From an uncultured Enterobacteriaceae bacterium (GTDB lineage: Bacteria; Pseudomonadota; Gammaproteobacteria; Burkholderiales; SG8-39): DNA of 64,000 bases. How positions within the stretch are numbered: the stretch's first letter is position 1; every line of letters starts with the position of its first letter. Position numbers and translations under genes: made by a program. Shown here in pieces: positions 60,754 through 64,000 of this stretch. The stretch covers positions 27,976-91,975 of the forward strand of contig CAZKHE010000001.1 of assembly GCA_964552535.1 (NCBI GenBank), given 5' to 3'. The notes under the pieces were generated by a model. It did no database searches. It was not told the origin of the DNA and saw only the letters and a program-made list of their open reading frames with translations.

Positions 60754-63700
60754 GCGCCGGCGGGCGAATCGGCGGGGGCCACGCCCAGACGCCAACGTTC
60801 GAGCTCGTCGGGCGGGCGGTTCGCGACCGTGCCGAACCCCGGTTCGAGATACGCGGCATAGCGGCTCTCGTTGTCGCGATCCAGCGCCCAGTACAGGTCC
60901 TTCAGGGCCTTCTCGTCGTCCTCGCTGCACTCGACCGCGGAGAAGGTGTTTCTCTGCACGATGACGCCGCACACGAACGCCGTGCAGCCCGCGAGCGCCT
61001 CGGGATGCTGCGCGGCCACCGCCTCCACCCTCGGGAGCAGATCCGCCCGCAGCGCATCCATCGCCGTCGGCAGGTAGTCGCGATACGTCGCCCACGGCTG
61101 GGCGCGGACGTCCGCTACCGTGGCATCGACCCGATCGGGCACGTCCGCGACGAGCGGGAACCACGGCTGGGCATCCGGCGGCGACCAGCGGGCGCGGAGG
61201 TCCTCCAGCATCGCGAGCACCGCGCCGGTCTGTCCCGCGGCGAAATCCGGCGCAAGATAGCTGGCGTTCTGCCGGTCCCACAGATGGCGCAGCAGCCCGG
61301 CCATCATGGGGACCGCGAACGGCACCGCCGCGGCGTGCAGCTCGGCGCGGTGCACGAGCTTGCGCACCACGATCTCGGCGTAGCGCGTCGTCTCGATCAT
61401 GTCGGAGATGCGGTTGGGGTGCCCCGCGACCACGGCGTTCCAGGCGACGTCCTCGACGGACGCCTCCTCGTCGCGCAGCGTGGCGCGGCCGTACGTGTCC
61501 GCGGCCGCCTGCTGCGCGCCCATGATCGCCTGCATCAGGGCAGCCATGGAGCCGTCGTCCTGCCGGCCCTCCGGCATGCGGACCCGCATCGTCACGCCGC
61601 GCAGCGCCGACTCCTGCGCAGCCAGGTGCTCGCGGGCGGCCTGCAGGTAGCCGTTCCATGCAGCATTGCCGTCGCCGGCGGCCGCGTTGATGTGGCGGAT
61701 CGTGTCGGTCAGCAGCGCCACCAGGCCCTCGCCGGTCTCACGCCCGGCGCGGTGGTTCGCCCGCACGAAGTGCAGGAGCGCGCGCGTGCCGGGATGACGC
61801 AGGCGATCGGCCAGCGCGATCGCGCGGTCCAGCGCGGCGGCATCCGCGGGTTCATCCGGGTCGCGGCAGGCGGACATGAGCTCGATCACGCCGAACGCAG
61901 CGTCGAGACGCGGATGCTCGCCCTGACGGGCGACCGCCACCGCCGCGCGCCACGCCTCGTCGGCGGACGCCTCGGTCCGGTCCGGCGCGAAGATGCCGTC
62001 GAGCAGGTCGGCAGCGGCATCGTCGCGCAGGGGCGCATCGCCGGGCACGAGCCGGTGATCCGGATCGCCGAGCAGGATCGCCGTCGCCCACACCGCGGCG
62101 CGCGTGCCGCTCTCCGCGACCGCGCGGCGTGCACAGCGCAGCGCTTCGCCGACGGGCCCCGCGCCCGCCTCGTCGTAGAACGCGATCGCCAGCTCCACCG
62201 CCGCGCGATCGGGCACCGGCGTCGCATGCGCCACGACCGCGGGCGCGCCGAGCTCGGCGAACGCGTGCGCGAGCCCGCGGCTCAGGCCAGCGCCGAGATA
62301 GCGCGTCTGACCGAGATTGCAGGTGTTCAGGTACACGAACGGATAGCTGCGCTGCGGGCTCGCCTCCAGGTCGTTCACCACCAGCCGGCGTCCGCCGGGC
62401 AGGACGAGCCACTCGGTGCCCGCGCCCGCCTCCCCGTGCGCGGAGACGTGCAGCACGTCGACGTACGACAGGCGATCGGTGAAGAACGATGCGGCGAGAC
62501 GAGGCGGGTCGATCGGCGGTGCATCGAAGCCCGCACGCGCGAGCGTGGCGCCGATCTCCTCCTGCTCGAACGCGGCGAGGTCGAGCGGATCGTAGCCTTC
62601 CGCGACAGGCGCGGCGACCACCAGCGCGCGTTGCATCCGCGGCACCGCGGCGCGCGTGTCGAGCGCGGCGGCCAGCTGCGCCAGCGACGTGAAGCGCGCG
62701 ATGACGCGCGTGACGCCGAGCCAGCCGCCGTGACCGTCGCCGCGCAGCAGCTCGTAGGGCACGGTGTCGAGCCGCGAGCGCGAGTCGGGGGCGAGCAGCA
62801 GCGTGTCGTGCGCGTCGATCGCCTGCCGCACGGAAGCGGGCAACGCCTCGAACGCGGCCCGGCCGGCCTGCTCGAGTGCGGCGTCGGCGCGCAGGCGATC
62901 GCGTGCCGGGGCGCGCAACGCGGCGCCCGCGGCCTCCTCGAGCGCGCGCAGGGCATCGAGCGCCGCGGCTGGCGCCCGTTCGACGCCCACTGCGCCGTCG
63001 CCGCCGAGGACCGTGATGATCGCCAACTCGTCGCCCAGGCCCTGCAGGACCACGGCGACGGCATCGGGCCGCTCCGTCATCGCACGGCGCAGCCGGCCGA
63101 GCGAGTCGGCGGCGAACACCTCGGGATCGACCGCTTCGTCGCCGCTCCTGGCCGGCAGGATCGCCTGCGGCGGCGGCAGCACCGCGCTGCGCAGCAGATC
63201 GATCAACGCGCTGACGCGCACACGCGCGCGCGGATCCTCCCAGTCCGGGCCCTGGGTGAGCAGGAGCCGGATCGCCGACTCGATCGAACGATCGAGTAGC
63301 GCGCGCGAGCGCGGCTCGGCGAGCCACGCTGGATCCGCGGCGAGCGTGCCCCCGAGCAGCACGTCGAACATCTCCAGGAAGCGTACGGCGTCCGCGGCGT
63401 CGCGGGCGGCGGCAATCTCGAGCAGCGCCCCCATGGCGACGAGCTGGATGCTCGCCGCGCGCGCGGCCATCGCGTCGCGCACCGCCTGCATGGCCACCCG
63501 TTCCGCGGCGTCGAGGTCGCCCGCAGCGTGACGCGCGTAGGCCACGCCGATGCGCGCCGCGACCGGGAACAGGGGCGCGAACGCCGCGAGATGCTCCGAC
63601 TGCCGGCGCAGCCCGGCGCGCACCACCTCCACGGCGCGCGGAGCGGTCAGCCCTGCGGGCACCTCGCCCTCCGCCACGGCACGCCGATTGCGCTCCACGG

Positions 63701-64000
63701 CCGCGACGAGCGCCTCCGCCTGCTGCATGGCCTCCTCCGGCGGCAGCATCGCGACGATGGGGACGAAGTCGTAAGGGGAGAGATCGGCGGGCGGGCCGAT
63801 CTGCGCGATCGCCTCCACGGCCGTGCGCGCTGCCGCCCCGCGCTGCGCCGGCGCGGCCCCGGCGGCCGCGGTGCGCGCGAACCCGATCGCGGACGCCGCC
63901 AGCAGCGCATGCGCTTCCAGCACGGCGAGGCTGGCTTCCACGCTGCCGTCGGCCGCACCCGGCCCGGACCTGGCGAGCGGATCGCGCAGCACGGCGCTCC
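60750..64000 (-). CDS. CHAT-domain protein (caspase-fold peptidase) with helical-repeat N- and C-terminal regions; 5' end probably outside the window
   Basis: The frame is still open at nt 64000. The CHAT core spans about 62058-63065 and carries VLHVSAHGE (His codon 62436-62438) and FVYLNTCNLG (Cys codon 62319-62321), followed by PAVVAHATPVPD. The flanks are Ala/Leu-rich helical (TPR-like). Confidence 0.8.
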   Translation of the reverse strand, partial: SAVLRDPLARSGPGAADGSVEASLAVLEAHALLAASAIGFARTAAAGAAPAQRGAAARTAVEAIAQIGPPADLSPYDFVPIVAMLPPEEAMQQAEALVAAVERNRRAVAEGEVPAGLTAPRAVEVVRAGLRRQSEHLAAFAPLFPVAARIGVAYARHAAGDLDAAERVAMQAVRDAMAARAASIQLVAMGALLEIAAARDAADAVRFLEMFDVLLGGTLAADPAWLAEPRSRALLDRSIESAIRLLLTQGPDWEDPRARVRVSALIDLLRSAVLPPPQAILPARSGDEAVDPEVFAADSLGRLRRAMTERPDAVAVVLQGLGDELAIITVLGGDGAVGVERAPAAALDALRALEEAAGAALRAPARDRLRADAALEQAGRAAFEALPASVRQAIDAHDTLLLAPDSRSRLDTVPYELLRGDGHGGWLGVTRVIARFTSLAQLAAALDTRAAVPRMQRALVVAAPVAEGYDPLDLAAFEQEEIGATLARAGFDAPPIDPPRLAASFFTDRLSYVDVLHVSAHGEAGAGTEWLVLPGGRRLVVNDLEASPQRSYPFVYLNTCNLGQTRYLGAGLSRGLAHAFAELGAPAVVAHATPVPDRAAVELAIAFYDEAGAGPVGEALRCARRAVAESGTRAAVWATAILLGDPDHRLVPGDAPLRDDAAADLLDGIFAPDRTEASADEAWRAAVAVARQGEHPRLDAAFGVIELMSACRDPDEPADAAALDRAIALADRLRHPGTRALLHFVRANHRAGRETGEGLVALLTDTIRHINAAAGDGNAAWNGYLQAAREHLAAQESALRGVTMRVRMPEGRQDDGSMAALMQAIMGAQQAAADTYGRATLRDEEASVEDVAWNAVVAGHPNRISDMIETTRYAEIVVRKLVHRAELHAAAVPFAVPMMAGLLRHLWDRQNASYLAPDFAAGQTGAVLAMLEDLRARWSPPDAQPWFPLVADVPDRVDATVADVRAQPWATYRDYLPTAMDALRADLLPRVEAVAAQHPEALAGCTAFVCGVIVQRNTFSAVECSEDDEKALKDLYWALDRDNESRYAAYLEPGFGTVANRPPDELERWRLGVAPADSPAGA

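Overview
This is a very GC-rich bacterial chromosome segment. Codon third positions are almost always G or C, and the CspA, KatG and LIV-transporter sequences look betaproteobacterial (Burkholderiales-like). I support about 60 protein-coding genes. I found no rRNA, tRNA, CRISPR array, transposase, integrase or prophage genes. The six-frame track contains many very long Arg/Ala/Pro-rich ORFs; I treat these as GC-driven shadow frames of the real genes. Roughly 0-48.5 kb is ordinary accessory metabolism and envelope or stress functions. It holds a LIV-type ABC transporter, an ECF sigma / zinc anti-sigma pair, acyl-CoA ligases and cspA-katG. It also holds a TonB receptor with a PepSY partner, a LysR-AKR pair, GH15 and TreS-like glucan genes, and a DUF4398/OmpA pair. 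Two local oddities sit in this part: a membrane-anchored TIR-domain protein in a more A/T-rich islet (21.3-22.2 kb) and a 726-aa ORFan (7.8-9.9 kb). The most unusual part is the last ~15 kb (49.4-64.0 kb). It starts with a patatin-like phospholipase, followed 30 bp later by a 1185-aa fusion of an unknown N-terminal domain, a DyP-type haem peroxidase and a P450-like thiolate-haem domain. Next come a class-III-cyclase-like/STAND ATPase/TPR protein, a ferredoxin-MBL fusion, and a translationally coupled pair of clan-CD (caspase-fold) peptidases: a CHAT-domain protein and a gingipain/C25-like protein. I propose this as a candidate undescribed lipid-oxidation and/or conflict (programmed-death-like) system. 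All functional calls rest on motif recognition by eye; no database search or structure prediction was run.
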